Shown: positions 20,132-29,935 of the stretch, piece after piece
How the letters are laid out: each line of letters begins with the position of its first letter
How positions within the stretch are numbered: the first letter of the stretch is position 1
Source of the DNA: Nitrososphaerota archaeon
GTDB lineage: Archaea > Thermoproteota > Nitrososphaeria_A > Caldarchaeales > Caldarchaeaceae
Direction: 5' to 3'
DNA length: 64,000 nucleotides
NCBI GenBank assembly: GCA_041641305.1
Contig: JBEPYN010000002.1
Location: 128,001 to 192,000, forward strand
The notes under the pieces: model-generated
The model's input: the letters and a program-made list of their open reading frames with translations, nothing else
The model's database searches: none
What the model was told of the DNA's origin: nothing
Position numbers and translations under genes: made by a program

Positions 20132-21751
20132 TTGTGGACAAAGGGTGGGGGTGCTAAAATCGATTACGTCGAGGTTTTGGACACCACTCTCCGCGACGGC
20201 GCGCAGACCCGAGGAGTAACCTTCACTCTCCACGACAAGCTCCGCATAGCCGAGAAGCTTGACGAGATAGGTGTTGATATTATCGAGGGAGGCTGGCCTG
20301 GATCTAACCCGAAGGATGAAGACTTTTTCCGCGAAGCTCGGAAGCTTTCCCTCAGCAACAGCAGACTCGGCGCCTTCGGGTCCACGAGGAGACCGAACGT
20401 CAAGCCATCTCAAGACCCGTCTGTCAACGCCCTACTCAAAGCCGACGTCCCAGTCGCAATAGTCTTCGGCAAATCCTGGATACTCCATGTAATCGATGTC
20501 CTGAGAACAACTCCCGAGGAGAACCTTCGGATGGTCGCCGACACAATAGAGTACCTAAGGGAGCATGGGATGGAGGTGGTGTTTGACGCGGAGCATTTCT
20601 TCGACGGCTACCGAGAGTCCCCCGAGTATGCGATGCAGGTTCTGAAACAGGCTAGAGACGCGGGGGCCAGCACGATTGTTCTCTGCGACACCAACGGAGG
20701 CACACTGCCGTTCAGAGTGGCTGAGATAGTTAGAAGGGTTCGACGCGAGATAGACACGCGTCTGGGTATTCATGCCCACAACGACTGTGGAGTCGCGGTG
20801 GCGAACAGCCTAATGGCGGTGACCGAGGGTGTGAGGCATGTGCAGGGCACGATGATTGGGTTGGGTGAGCGCTGCGGCAACGCCGACCTTACACAGATTA
20901 TCCCGAATCTCGCGCTCAAGATGAATTACCGTGTTCTCAGAAACAGTGAGGGGCTTAGAAAGCTCAAAGATGTTGCATACTACATCGCGGAGGTGTCTGG
21001 TTTCCAGATTACACCCAATTACCCATTCTTCGGCATCAACGCCTTCGCCCACAAAGGCGGAGTACACATAGACGCGATGCTCAAAAACCCGCGCACATAC
21101 GAGCACATCGACCCATCTCTCCTCGGCATGGACAGAACCCTCTCAGTCTCGGAGCTCGCCGGAAGAGCAGCCCTCGTCAACCACGCCGCCAAGCTCGGAC
21201 TCGTCTTGACCAAGGAACAGGTGACGAGCATCCTCGAGAAGATAAAGAGGCTTGAGGCTGAGGGGTATCATTTCGAGCCTGCTGACGCCACGGTTTCTCT
21301 GATGATCCTCGAGGCGGTTGGCTATGATGTGGAAAGGCTGAGAGTTAGGACTTGGTGGGTGGAGGTTTTGATGGCTGGAAAAATAACCGCGCGGGCGGTT
21401 GTCTCAATGGACATTGATGGGGAAGCTGTGACCGAGATGGCTGAAGGCGTAGGCCCTGTCCACGCTCTTGACGCAGCCATACGCGCAGCCGTTCTCAAAC
21501 GCTATCCACAGCTCGAGACCACGCAGCTGGCCAACTACAAGGTCTCGGTGATCGACACAAAAGACGCTACAGCAGCAGCCGTCAGAGTTTTCGTGGAGTT
21601 CAGCGACAACGGTAACAGCTGGGCAACCACAGGGGTCTCCAAAAACATCGTCGAAGCAAGCCTCAAAGCGATAGTCGACGGCTACAGCTACAAGCTATTG
21701 GTGATTGACGGCGGGTTTACTTCACGTTCACAAGCAGATAACGGTTCATAA
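20132..21751 (+). CDS. cimA: Citramalate synthase (LeuA/CimA family); start uncertain
   Basis: LDTTLRDGAQ, IEGGWPGSNPKD, FGKSW, FDAEHFFDG, CDTNGG, HAHND, AFAHKGGVH, C-terminal regulatory domain GPVHALD. Confidence 0.88.
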   Translation: MWTKGGGAKIDYVEVLDTTLRDGAQTRGVTFTLHDKLRIAEKLDEIGVDIIEGGWPGSNPKDEDFFREARKLSLSNSRLGAFGSTRRPNVKPSQDPSVNALLKADVPVAIVFGKSWILHVIDVLRTTPEENLRMVADTIEYLREHGMEVVFDAEHFFDGYRESPEYAMQVLKQARDAGASTIVLCDTNGGTLPFRVAEIVRRVRREIDTRLGIHAHNDCGVAVANSLMAVTEGVRHVQGTMIGLGERCGNADLTQIIPNLALKMNYRVLRNSEGLRKLKDVAYYIAEVSGFQITPNYPFFGINAFAHKGGVHIDAMLKNPRTYEHIDPSLLGMDRTLSVSELAGRAALVNHAAKLGLVLTKEQVTSILEKIKRLEAEGYHFEPADATVSLMILEAVGYDVERLRVRTWWVEVLMAGKITARAVVSMDIDGEAVTEMAEGVGPVHALDAAIRAAVLKRYPQLETTQLANYKVSVIDTKDATAAAVRVFVEFSDNGNSWATTGVSKNIVEASLKAIVDGYSYKLLVIDGGFTSRSQADNGS

Positions 21752-22109
21752 TGCTCCAGTACTCGACAGCTACACCTGGCTCAATCTTCGCCCGCAGGTT
21801 CTCGTCCTTGGGCATCGGCACCTCAACAATCTCGAGGGACTGATTATCCATAACTGATACGGAGTCTCCTGAGATAGCCACGACCTGCCCCGTCCGTTTA
21901 TCCACTATCGGCACCTCGACCTTGTTGTCCGCGGGGCCGACCATACTCCTCTTAACCTCGTCAAATATCCCGATAGCCACGAGCCTTACCTTCGCCGAGC
22001 CATGTTTACCGGGCTTGCTCTTCTCGACCTCGACAATCCTGCATGGTTCACCGTCGATGACGATGTTATGCCCCTCCTTCAGGGAACCGAGTTCAACCGG
22101 TTTGCTCAA
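21717..22109 (-). CDS. eif5a: Translation factor aIF-5A
   Basis: SKPGKHGSAK hypusination motif. Confidence 0.96.
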   Translation of the reverse strand: MSKPVELGSLKEGHNIVIDGEPCRIVEVEKSKPGKHGSAKVRLVAIGIFDEVKRSMVGPADNKVEVPIVDKRTGQVVAISGDSVSVMDNQSLEIVEVPMPKDENLRAKIEPGVAVEYWSIMNRYLLVNVK

Positions 22110-22141
22110 ACCAATCCATCCCCGCTGGACCCGTTTTTAAA

Positions 22142-22825
22142 CTATTCGTGGACACTTTTATCAACCAACACAGCTCTCTCAATCCTCAGAAACCCGTAAA
22201 CACCTCGCCACACCATTCTCCACCCCAGCGGCCGAATCTTTTTGTGGAAAAGAGGGCAGTCGAGAACCATGGTCTCCATTTCACCGCCTTCGCCGCCAGG
22301 GTTGATGCCGTAGCGTTCAGCGAGGGCCTCCAGCTCCTCGACAGCTTCTTCATCAAGCATTCGGCCCAGCCAATTTCTGTCCAGCCCCGCGGCCGCCACA
22401 GCCACAACCATGATCTCAAACCCATCCCGGAGCATTTGGCGGAGAAGCTCACCAGGTTTTTGACCCCACAGCGGTGTCAAGACCGTGAGTCCATGTTTCT
22501 CAGCCGCATGCTTCATCCGCTCTCTTTGATAGCTGCTGGCGAGGGCTCCTGCGACGATGCCATCCACCCTGCCTGCAACCTCTGACAGCGCCCTGTTCAA
22601 GACCTCTTCTTCATCCATGCCTGCTATAGGGTATATGATGTGGTGCTTCCCCATAGCCTCAGCCTGCAAAGGCGTAAGATGTAGGTTAGGATAGTGGAAA
22701 AGGTAGCTGTCAATGGACTGCGGCAAAAAGGTGAGCAACATTTCGACAACATGGCCACCGGCTTCAGCGCGGTAAACGGCGTAGGTCGAGTCTTTACCTC
22801 CAGAGAACAGCGCCGCGAGTCTCAC
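22142..22825 (-). CDS. dph6: Diphthine--ammonia ligase (diphthamide synthase)
   Basis: SGGKDS PP-loop, SYLFH, GALASSYQ, PLW, GEGGEMETMVLDCPLF. Confidence 0.9.
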   Translation of the reverse strand: MRLAALFSGGKDSTYAVYRAEAGGHVVEMLLTFLPQSIDSYLFHYPNLHLTPLQAEAMGKHHIIYPIAGMDEEEVLNRALSEVAGRVDGIVAGALASSYQRERMKHAAEKHGLTVLTPLWGQKPGELLRQMLRDGFEIMVVAVAAAGLDRNWLGRMLDEEAVEELEALAERYGINPGGEGGEMETMVLDCPLFHKKIRPLGWRMVWRGVYGFLRIERAVLVDKSVHE

Positions 22826-22887
22826 ATCAGCTCCATCTCAAAACATTATCCATGCCTTAAGTTAAATTCAGGTGTTCGCCGCTTATT

Positions 22888-24012
22888 TTGATGAAGCTTT
22901 ACGAGTTTGAGGGCAGGGAGCTTTTCCGACGCTATGGCATCCCTGTGAACGATTACGTTGTCGTGAAAAGCGTGGAGGAGGCGCGGCATGCTGCGGAAAA
23001 GCTTGGCGGACGAACGGTTGTAAAGGCTCAGGTTCTCGTTGCTGGCCGTGGAAAAGCAGGCGGCGTCAAGGTTGCGGAGAACGCAGAGGAGGCAAGGATG
23101 TTGGCGGGCAAAATGCTCGGCTCCGAGATAAAGGGTGAAAGGGTTGAGTCACTCATCGTAACAGAGTACACAGAGATTTCTCGCGAGCTTTACCTCGGCA
23201 TCATAGTTGACAGGTTTAAGCGCTCACCCGTGGTCATCGCATCGGCCGAGGGAGGTGTAGAGATTGAGATGCTTGCGAGAACAAGCCCCGGCCACGTGTT
23301 GAAGACCGAGGTCAATCCTCTGCTGGGTCTCGCAGACTATCAGGTGAGGAAAATCGTCTCCTTCATGAAGCTTGACCAAGTGCTGGCACAGCAGGCCGCA
23401 TCTATTCTACGCGGTCTTTACCGCCTATTTGCCGAAACAGATTGCGAGCTTGCGGAGATAAACCCTCTAGCTGTTACGCCGGATAATAGGCTGGTTGCGT
23501 TGGATTCTAAGATTATTGTTGATGATAATGCGTTGTTTAGACGTGGTGAGTTTAGTCGGCCTGAGTCTGGGACGGGTTTGGAGGCCGAGGCTCGGCGTCT
23601 CGGGTTTGCTGCGGTGGAGCTTGACGGGGATATAGGCATTATTGGGAACGGTGCGGGGTTGACGATGGCTACGATGGACATGGTTAAGCTGAAGGGTGGA
23701 AACCCTGCAAACTTCCTCGACGTCGGTGGAGGCGCTGCTGAAGATGTCGTGGAAAAGGCTGCGAGACTGCTGCTCACCCATCCACGGGTTAAAGTGGTGT
23801 TCGTAAACATCCTCGGAGGCATCACACGTTGTGACGAAGTAGCCCGTGGACTTGTCTCTGCATACAAATCAGTTGGAGCGGGAAAAAAGATTGTGGTCAG
23901 GATGATGGGCACCAACGAGGAGGAGGGTAAACGCATCCTTGTCGAAAACGGTATCTACCCGCTTGACAGCATGGAGGAAGCGGCTGCGAAGGCCGCGGAG
24001 CTGGCGAGGTGA
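22888..24012 (+). CDS. sucC: Succinyl-CoA synthetase beta subunit
   Basis: [53 protein letters not shown]. Confidence 0.96.
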   Translation: MMKLYEFEGRELFRRYGIPVNDYVVVKSVEEARHAAEKLGGRTVVKAQVLVAGRGKAGGVKVAENAEEARMLAGKMLGSEIKGERVESLIVTEYTEISRELYLGIIVDRFKRSPVVIASAEGGVEIEMLARTSPGHVLKTEVNPLLGLADYQVRKIVSFMKLDQVLAQQAASILRGLYRLFAETDCELAEINPLAVTPDNRLVALDSKIIVDDNALFRRGEFSRPESGTGLEAEARRLGFAAVELDGDIGIIGNGAGLTMATMDMVKLKGGNPANFLDVGGGAAEDVVEKAARLLLTHPRVKVVFVNILGGITRCDEVARGLVSAYKSVGAGKKIVVRMMGTNEEEGKRILVENGIYPLDSMEEAAAKAAELAR

Positions 24013-24893
24013 AGAACGTGGCAATACTTGTCAACGCGGACACACGTGTTCTCGTTCAGGGCGTTACAGGTAGACAGGGGGCCTTCCACACAAGAGCCAT
24101 GCTCAAGTATGGCACGAAGGTTTTGGCCGGTGTGACCCCTGGCAAAGGTGGCCAATCTGTCGAAGGTGTGCCCGTTTATAACTCGGTTGAGGAGGCGGTG
24201 GCGCAGCATCCCGAGATAAACACATCGATGGTGATGGTTCCCGCGCCCTATGCAGGCGATGCGGTGATCGAGGCGCTTGACGCGGGTATGAAGCTTGTCG
24301 TCGTCATCACAGAGCATGTCCCCATCCATGATGCCATGAAGTTCATCGCATACGCGAAGCTCCGGGGCTCAAACATAGTGGGCCCCAACTGCCCCGGTGT
24401 CATAACACCCGGCGCAGCCAAGGTCGGCATCATGCCTGGCCACATCTTCAAGAAAGGAAGGGTGGGAATTGTTTCGCGCAGCGGTACGCTAACTTATGAG
24501 ATAGCGCACGCCATAACGGTCAAAGGTCTTGGTCAGTCAACATGCATCGGAATAGGAGGCGACCCAGTCGTCGGCCTCAACTTCATAGATGTGTTGGAGA
24601 TGTTTAGAGGTGATGATGAGACGGAGGCTGTTGTGCTCATCGGCGAGATAGGGGGAGACCTTGAGGAGAGGGCTGCCGAGTACATCGTCAGAACAAGCTA
24701 TCCCAAGCCGGTTATAGCCTACATAGCGGGGAGAACCGCACCACCTGAGAAACGGATGGGCCATGCGGGGGCCATCATATCCCTCGGCGCAGGAGACCCC
24801 GCAAGCAAGGTGAAAGCGCTCACAGAAGCAGGTGTACACGTCGCAGCAACACCCGGAGAAGTAGCCAACAAACTCGCCCAACTCCTAAAATGA
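24009..24893 (+). CDS. sucD: Succinyl-CoA synthetase alpha subunit
   Basis: [40 protein letters not shown] phospho-His motif. Confidence 0.97.
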   Translation: MKNVAILVNADTRVLVQGVTGRQGAFHTRAMLKYGTKVLAGVTPGKGGQSVEGVPVYNSVEEAVAQHPEINTSMVMVPAPYAGDAVIEALDAGMKLVVVITEHVPIHDAMKFIAYAKLRGSNIVGPNCPGVITPGAAKVGIMPGHIFKKGRVGIVSRSGTLTYEIAHAITVKGLGQSTCIGIGGDPVVGLNFIDVLEMFRGDDETEAVVLIGEIGGDLEERAAEYIVRTSYPKPVIAYIAGRTAPPEKRMGHAGAIISLGAGDPASKVKALTEAGVHVAATPGEVANKLAQLLK

Positions 24894-25681
24894 CAGATTT
24901 AGCACAACTCGCTGAACAAGTCGCTGAAACACTGCGCAAAGAACCCTCGCTGCTGAGAACCGATAGCCAGCTCATACTGGTTGTCGGCGACACCCACGGA
25001 GACGTAGACTCCACCAAAAAAGCCCTCGACGCCGCGGATGAGATAGGGGCTGTTGCGGTTTTTCTCGGCGACTATGTTGACAGAGGTCCTTACCAGATAG
25101 AAAACATTAGCCTGCTTTTTGAAAGGAAGCTTGCAGAGCCGAATAACCTTCTCCTTCTACGCGGCAACCATGAAACCCTCACCATGAACACCTACTACGG
25201 GTTTCTCGACATCGTCACACGCAGACACGGCCTCAAAACCTACCAACAATTTCTCAAAGCATTCACACAACTCCCATACGCGCTACGATGGAGGGATGTT
25301 TTCCTTGTTCACGGTGGAATAGCGAGAGGTTTGCACAAGGTCGACGAGGTTGAGAAGCTCGAGCGTGGAGAAGACGACCCAGAACACCCCATCGCGTTCC
25401 AGCTTATGTGGAATGATCCACATCCGGGTGTCAAAGGATTTGTCGAGAGCGAGCGTGGGGGAGGCGCGCTCTACTTCGGGGAGGATGTGTTCACACGCTT
25501 CATGGAGCAAAACGGTTTACGGCTGATGATACGCTCTCACCAGCCCATGCCCGACGGCTACCGATACATCTTCGGCGGAAAGCTTCTGACGGTTTTCTCA
25601 TGCCGCTACTACATGGTTCCTCCCAAGGCCGTCCTGCTCCAAACCTATATTGAGAAGGCAGAGACAATTGAGTTGAAGTAG
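24890..25681 (+). CDS. PPP-family Ser/Thr protein phosphatase
   Basis: GDTHG, GDYVDRG, LRGNHE, HGG, WNDP, IRSHQ, TVFS motifs. Confidence 0.9.
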   Translation: MTDLAQLAEQVAETLRKEPSLLRTDSQLILVVGDTHGDVDSTKKALDAADEIGAVAVFLGDYVDRGPYQIENISLLFERKLAEPNNLLLLRGNHETLTMNTYYGFLDIVTRRHGLKTYQQFLKAFTQLPYALRWRDVFLVHGGIARGLHKVDEVEKLERGEDDPEHPIAFQLMWNDPHPGVKGFVESERGGGALYFGEDVFTRFMEQNGLRLMIRSHQPMPDGYRYIFGGKLLTVFSCRYYMVPPKAVLLQTYIEKAETIELK

Positions 25682-25682
25682 G

Positions 25683-26561
25683 TTGCGTGTCTCGGAGAAG
25701 GTTTACCTGATTGACACACGGGCTCTCGGGTTTGAGAAAATAGTCGCCTGCTACCTTGTCTGGGGAAAGAAAACAGCCTTAGTTGACGCAGGATACGCGG
25801 CGACGGCCGATATCGTGATAAATGCTTTGCGGGAGCTGGGTGTCACGAGGCTCGACTACATAATTCCCACCCACGTCCATCTCGACCACTCGGGCGCGGT
25901 CTGGAGAATCGCCGAACACTTCAGAGAAGCCGAGGTAATCGCTCATCAGAAAGCCGTTAAACACTTGGTTGACCCGTCTAAGCTTGTGGCCAGCGTCCTA
26001 GATGTCTATGGCCCAGACATTCTACAGGTTTTCGGTGAGGTGAAGCCTGTGGAGGAGCACCGTGTCCACAGCGCCGGCGACGGAGAAACCCTTGTCCTCG
26101 GTGATGTCGAGCTAACCTTCATCTACACTCCGGGCCATGCGCCTCATCAGTTCACGATCGCGGTCAGCGATGGATCCATCATCACAGCCGACGCCGTCCC
26201 CGCAAAATATCCCGGCAAACCTTTCATAATCCCGCCAACACCGCCGCCCAGCTTCGACCTCAACCAGTACATCGACAGCCTCGCGAAGCTCGGAAAACTC
26301 GGCTCAGCGGTCTTCCACACACCTCATTTCGGCAGCTACCAAACAGATGAAGCCTATGTCGAGTTTCTCGTCAAAAAGACGCGGGAATTTGTGTCGGCGG
26401 CTGAGAAGGCGTATAGAGAGGGGGCGGGTGTCGGCGGAATATACGCCGCTCTTGAACGGATGCTTGAGAAGGAGGCTGGTGAAAAACTTCCTGTCTATGC
26501 ACAGAACCTCGTCAAAATCTCAGCCATGGGCCTCTACGACTTTTTCAGAAAAACTGGCTGA
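25683..26561 (+). CDS. MBL-fold metallo-hydrolase
   Basis: THVHLDHSG, TPGHAPH, PHFG. Confidence 0.88.
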   Translation: MRVSEKVYLIDTRALGFEKIVACYLVWGKKTALVDAGYAATADIVINALRELGVTRLDYIIPTHVHLDHSGAVWRIAEHFREAEVIAHQKAVKHLVDPSKLVASVLDVYGPDILQVFGEVKPVEEHRVHSAGDGETLVLGDVELTFIYTPGHAPHQFTIAVSDGSIITADAVPAKYPGKPFIIPPTPPPSFDLNQYIDSLAKLGKLGSAVFHTPHFGSYQTDEAYVEFLVKKTREFVSAAEKAYREGAGVGGIYAALERMLEKEAGEKLPVYAQNLVKISAMGLYDFFRKTG

Positions 26562-26593
26562 AGCTATTTTACATGCGTTGAAGTAGATTTTAC

Positions 26594-27523
26594 ATGCCGT
26601 TAATTGCTGTGGTTGGAAGTGGAAGGGTTGGGACATCGGCTGCTTTGCAGATTGCTCTCCGCGAGCTTGGCGACATAGTTTTGCTGGATGTTATTCAGGG
26701 TCTTCCGCAGGGTGAGGCCCTCGACCTAAACCATGCATGTGCAATATTGGACCTCGATGTCGATGTGAAGGGCTCTAACGACTACCGAGACATAGAGGGC
26801 TCGGATGTAGTCGTGGTCACCGCGGGACTTACACGCAAACCCGACATGACCCGGCTCGACCTCTTGCTGAAGAACGCGGATATAATCAAGGAGGTTTCGA
26901 GGCATATAAGGGAGAACGCTCCGAAGTCTAAGGTAATTGTTGTGACAAACCCGCTCGATGTGATGACCTATGTTGCTTATAGGGTGACAGGGTTTGAGAG
27001 CAAGCGTGTGATGGGCTTCAGCGGGCTGCTTGACGTGGGGCGCTACCGATACCTCATCAGAAACAAGCTGGGCGTCAGCTACAAGTCAATCAGAGGGATG
27101 GTTATAGGCGAGCACGGTGACTCGATGGTTCTGCTGCCAAGCCACACCTATGTTGGCACCGAGCCCCTGAGCAAATACTTGGATGAGAAAAGCACCGCGG
27201 AGATTGTGGAGGCGACGCGGAAAATGGGTGCGGAAATCATCAGGCTGAAGGGCTGGTCCGCCCACCACGCACCCGGAGCAGGCGTCGCCGTCATGGTGGA
27301 GGCGATACTCAAGAACCTGAAATCCATCATCCCCACATCAACCCTGCTCACCGGCCAATACGGTGAAAAAGACGTATACGCCGTTCTCCCCTGTGTGCTG
27401 GGAGCAGAGGGGGTTGAGAAGGTGCTTGAGCCGAGCCTGTCCCCCGAGGAACTCGCCAAATTCCGCGAAAGCGTAAAAATCATCCGAAACGCTGTCGGCC
27501 AACTCAGCCTAGACAAGACTTAA
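26594..27523 (+). CDS. mdh: Malate dehydrogenase (LDH-like)
   Basis: GSGRVG, GEALDL, TAGLTRKPDMTRLDLL (Arg specificity loop), VTNPLD, IGEHGD. Confidence 0.92.
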   Translation: MPLIAVVGSGRVGTSAALQIALRELGDIVLLDVIQGLPQGEALDLNHACAILDLDVDVKGSNDYRDIEGSDVVVVTAGLTRKPDMTRLDLLLKNADIIKEVSRHIRENAPKSKVIVVTNPLDVMTYVAYRVTGFESKRVMGFSGLLDVGRYRYLIRNKLGVSYKSIRGMVIGEHGDSMVLLPSHTYVGTEPLSKYLDEKSTAEIVEATRKMGAEIIRLKGWSAHHAPGAGVAVMVEAILKNLKSIIPTSTLLTGQYGEKDVYAVLPCVLGAEGVEKVLEPSLSPEELAKFRESVKIIRNAVGQLSLDKT

Positions 27524-27549
27524 AACGCCGCTATCCAGAGTATTTATGG

Positions 27550-27684
27550 ATGGGAACCGAGAAGAAAGAGTTCAGATGCCCATACTGCGACTCCGTCTTC
27601 AAGACCGAGGCCGAGCTCTCCAAACACATCGACAGAATACATATCGGCAGCGGGTTGCTTGAAGGCGACCGTACAAAATGGTGA
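27550..27684 (+). CDS. Small C2H2 zinc-finger protein (44 aa; absent from ORF track)
   Basis: MGTEKKEFRCPYCDSVFKTEAELSKHIDRIHIGSGLLEGDRTKW*; canonical F-x-C-x2-C-x3-F-x5-L-x2-H-x4-H; overlaps the next ATG (ATGGTGA). Confidence 0.85.
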   Translation: MGTEKKEFRCPYCDSVFKTEAELSKHIDRIHIGSGLLEGDRTKW

Positions 27685-29024
27685 ACTATACCGCTCTTTT
27701 CCAACACATCGAGGAAAACCGTGACAAGTATCTCGAGTATGCCAAGCGTCTGATAACCGTGCCAAGCGTCTCAACATATGGCAGCGGCCTCGAGGAATGC
27801 GCTGACCTCGTGGAGGAGATGCTGGAGAGCCATGGATTCCGTGTGGAGAAGTTCAGCAACCCCGAGGGCGGCGGCCCCATACTACTTGGCACGTTGAACT
27901 ACGAGGCCCATGCCACGTTGATGTTTTACAACCACTACGACGTCCAGCCCGCTGAGCCGCTGGAAAAATGGACAACACCACCTTTCACACCAGCCGTCAG
28001 AAACGGCAAACTCTATGGAAGGGGTGCAGCCGACAACAAGGGCAACATCGCCGCCCGTCTCGCAGCCATCGACGCTATGCGCAGCACCATAGGCGAGCTG
28101 CCTGTGAACGTGAAGTTTTTGATCGAGGGAGGCGAGGAGGTTGGAAGCCCGGGCCTCGAAAAATTTGTCCGCGAAAACCGTGACAAACTCTTCGCTGACG
28201 GCTGCATATGGGAATATGGCTACGTAAGTAGAAACGGGTCACCGGTCATCTACCTTGGACAGAAAGGGATGCTTTATGTCGAGCTCGAGACACAGGGCCC
28301 GGCCAGCGACCTACATTCCTCATGGGGAGCCGTTGTCGAAAACCCTGCTTGGAAGCTTGTCCAGGCTCTTTCCACGATGCGGAGCCCCGATGGCAGAGTA
28401 ACGATAGAAGGTTTCTACGACGACGTGGTGTATGAAGGGTTGGAGCTTTTGGAGAAGCTTGACATCGAGGAGTTCAGCCCGCCTCATAAGCTTCTCAAAT
28501 CGGCTGAGCAGGACCCGTTGAGTCAGCTGTTCCTCGAGCCAACCATAAACCTCAACGGCCTCTACGCAGGCTACATAGGCCCCGGCAGCAAAACAATCAT
28601 TCCATCAAAGGCCTCGGCAAAGCTTGACATACGTCTCGTTCCACGCCAAAACCCCGAGAAGATAAAGCAGCTTCTTCTCCAGCATCTCGAGAAACACGGC
28701 TACGCCGACATCAAGCTCCACATCCACCAATCCTACCCAGCTGCCCGGACAAGCCCCGACAACTTCCTCCCCAAACTAGTAGCAGACACAGCAACAACAG
28801 CATACGGAAAACCTCCAATCATAGTTCCTTCTGGAGCTGCCTCGGGACCGATGTACGTCATAACAGACATCCTCGAAACACCATGCGTCTCAACAGGATG
28901 CGGATACCACGGCTCCTCCCCACACGGGCCCGACGAAAACATACGCCTAACAGAATTCACCGCAAACATCAAACACATCGCACTCATCATGTATAACTTC
29001 AAAAACTACCTTTACATGGGTTAG
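27678..29024 (+). CDS. M20 family metallopeptidase (dipeptidase-like)
   Basis: YNHYDVQP, GRGAADNKG, EGGEEVGS, DLHS, HGPDEN. Confidence 0.88.
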   Translation: MVNYTALFQHIEENRDKYLEYAKRLITVPSVSTYGSGLEECADLVEEMLESHGFRVEKFSNPEGGGPILLGTLNYEAHATLMFYNHYDVQPAEPLEKWTTPPFTPAVRNGKLYGRGAADNKGNIAARLAAIDAMRSTIGELPVNVKFLIEGGEEVGSPGLEKFVRENRDKLFADGCIWEYGYVSRNGSPVIYLGQKGMLYVELETQGPASDLHSSWGAVVENPAWKLVQALSTMRSPDGRVTIEGFYDDVVYEGLELLEKLDIEEFSPPHKLLKSAEQDPLSQLFLEPTINLNGLYAGYIGPGSKTIIPSKASAKLDIRLVPRQNPEKIKQLLLQHLEKHGYADIKLHIHQSYPAARTSPDNFLPKLVADTATTAYGKPPIIVPSGAASGPMYVITDILETPCVSTGCGYHGSSPHGPDENIRLTEFTANIKHIALIMYNFKNYLYMG

Positions 29025-29035
29025 GGAAAGAGGGG

Positions 29036-29935
29036 ATGGAAACAGACCCAGTCGACATCTCATCGGATGCTGCATTTTTCCGCGATGATGAATACTTCGA
29101 CCACGTCGTGTACCGGGAGCTTGCGCGGCGAGAGAAGAATGGGAAACGGAGGGAAATGCTGGAGAAGCTTTCCGAGATGGAGAAGGAGCACTACGAGTTC
29201 TGGCGAACGCTTGCACCGGATCAGAGACCCGTTTTCAGCAAGCTCCGCTTCTGGCTCATCATAGTTCTGAGACGCCTGCTTGGAATAACCTTCATCATCA
29301 AATTCCTCGAACGCCATGAAACCGAGGTCATCAACAGATACCGCAAAGTCATAAACAAGGTTGAGGAAAAGCACCGGGAAAAAGTCGAGGACTTTCTCCG
29401 AGACGAGGAGGAGCATGAGAAAACTCTCCAAAACCAAATCGATGAACCCATACTGAAATACATAGGCTTCATAGCCTTGGGGCTATCCGACTCGATAATC
29501 GAAGTCTCAGGAGTTCACGCAGGGTTTCTTGGTGTTACTTCTTCGACGCTGATAGCGGGTGTCGCGGGGCTTGTCGTCGGCTTCGCCGCATCAATATCCA
29601 TGGGTGTCGCGGCATACCTCAAGGCGAAAAGCGAGCTCAGACAAAAATCACTCACCTCGGGGCTCGTCACAGGCGTGGTCTACCTACTGTCAACAATCAT
29701 CCTCGCATTACCCTACTTCCTAACACATGACATGCTCGAAGCCTTCACAGCCTCCATAGCCCTCGCAATAATCCTCGCCTCAACATTCACATACTATGTC
29801 GCCGTAGTCAACGAGACTAGCTTCAAAAGAGAAGTCCTCGAAAACACCCTGCTGATAATGGGCACCGCAGCGGCCACATTCCTCTTCGGCGAATTCCTCG
29901 GAAACCTCTTCGGTATACCAGGGTATTTCCGCTAG
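29036..29935 (+). CDS. Rubrerythrin/ferritin-like domain fused to VIT1/CCC1 transporter domain
   Basis: N-terminal EKEH and EEEH ExxH pairs; LGLSDSIIE, AASISMG VIT1 motifs; 5 TM helices. Confidence 0.85.
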   Translation: METDPVDISSDAAFFRDDEYFDHVVYRELARREKNGKRREMLEKLSEMEKEHYEFWRTLAPDQRPVFSKLRFWLIIVLRRLLGITFIIKFLERHETEVINRYRKVINKVEEKHREKVEDFLRDEEEHEKTLQNQIDEPILKYIGFIALGLSDSIIEVSGVHAGFLGVTSSTLIAGVAGLVVGFAASISMGVAAYLKAKSELRQKSLTSGLVTGVVYLLSTIILALPYFLTHDMLEAFTASIALAIILASTFTYYVAVVNETSFKREVLENTLLIMGTAAATFLFGEFLGNLFGIPGYFR

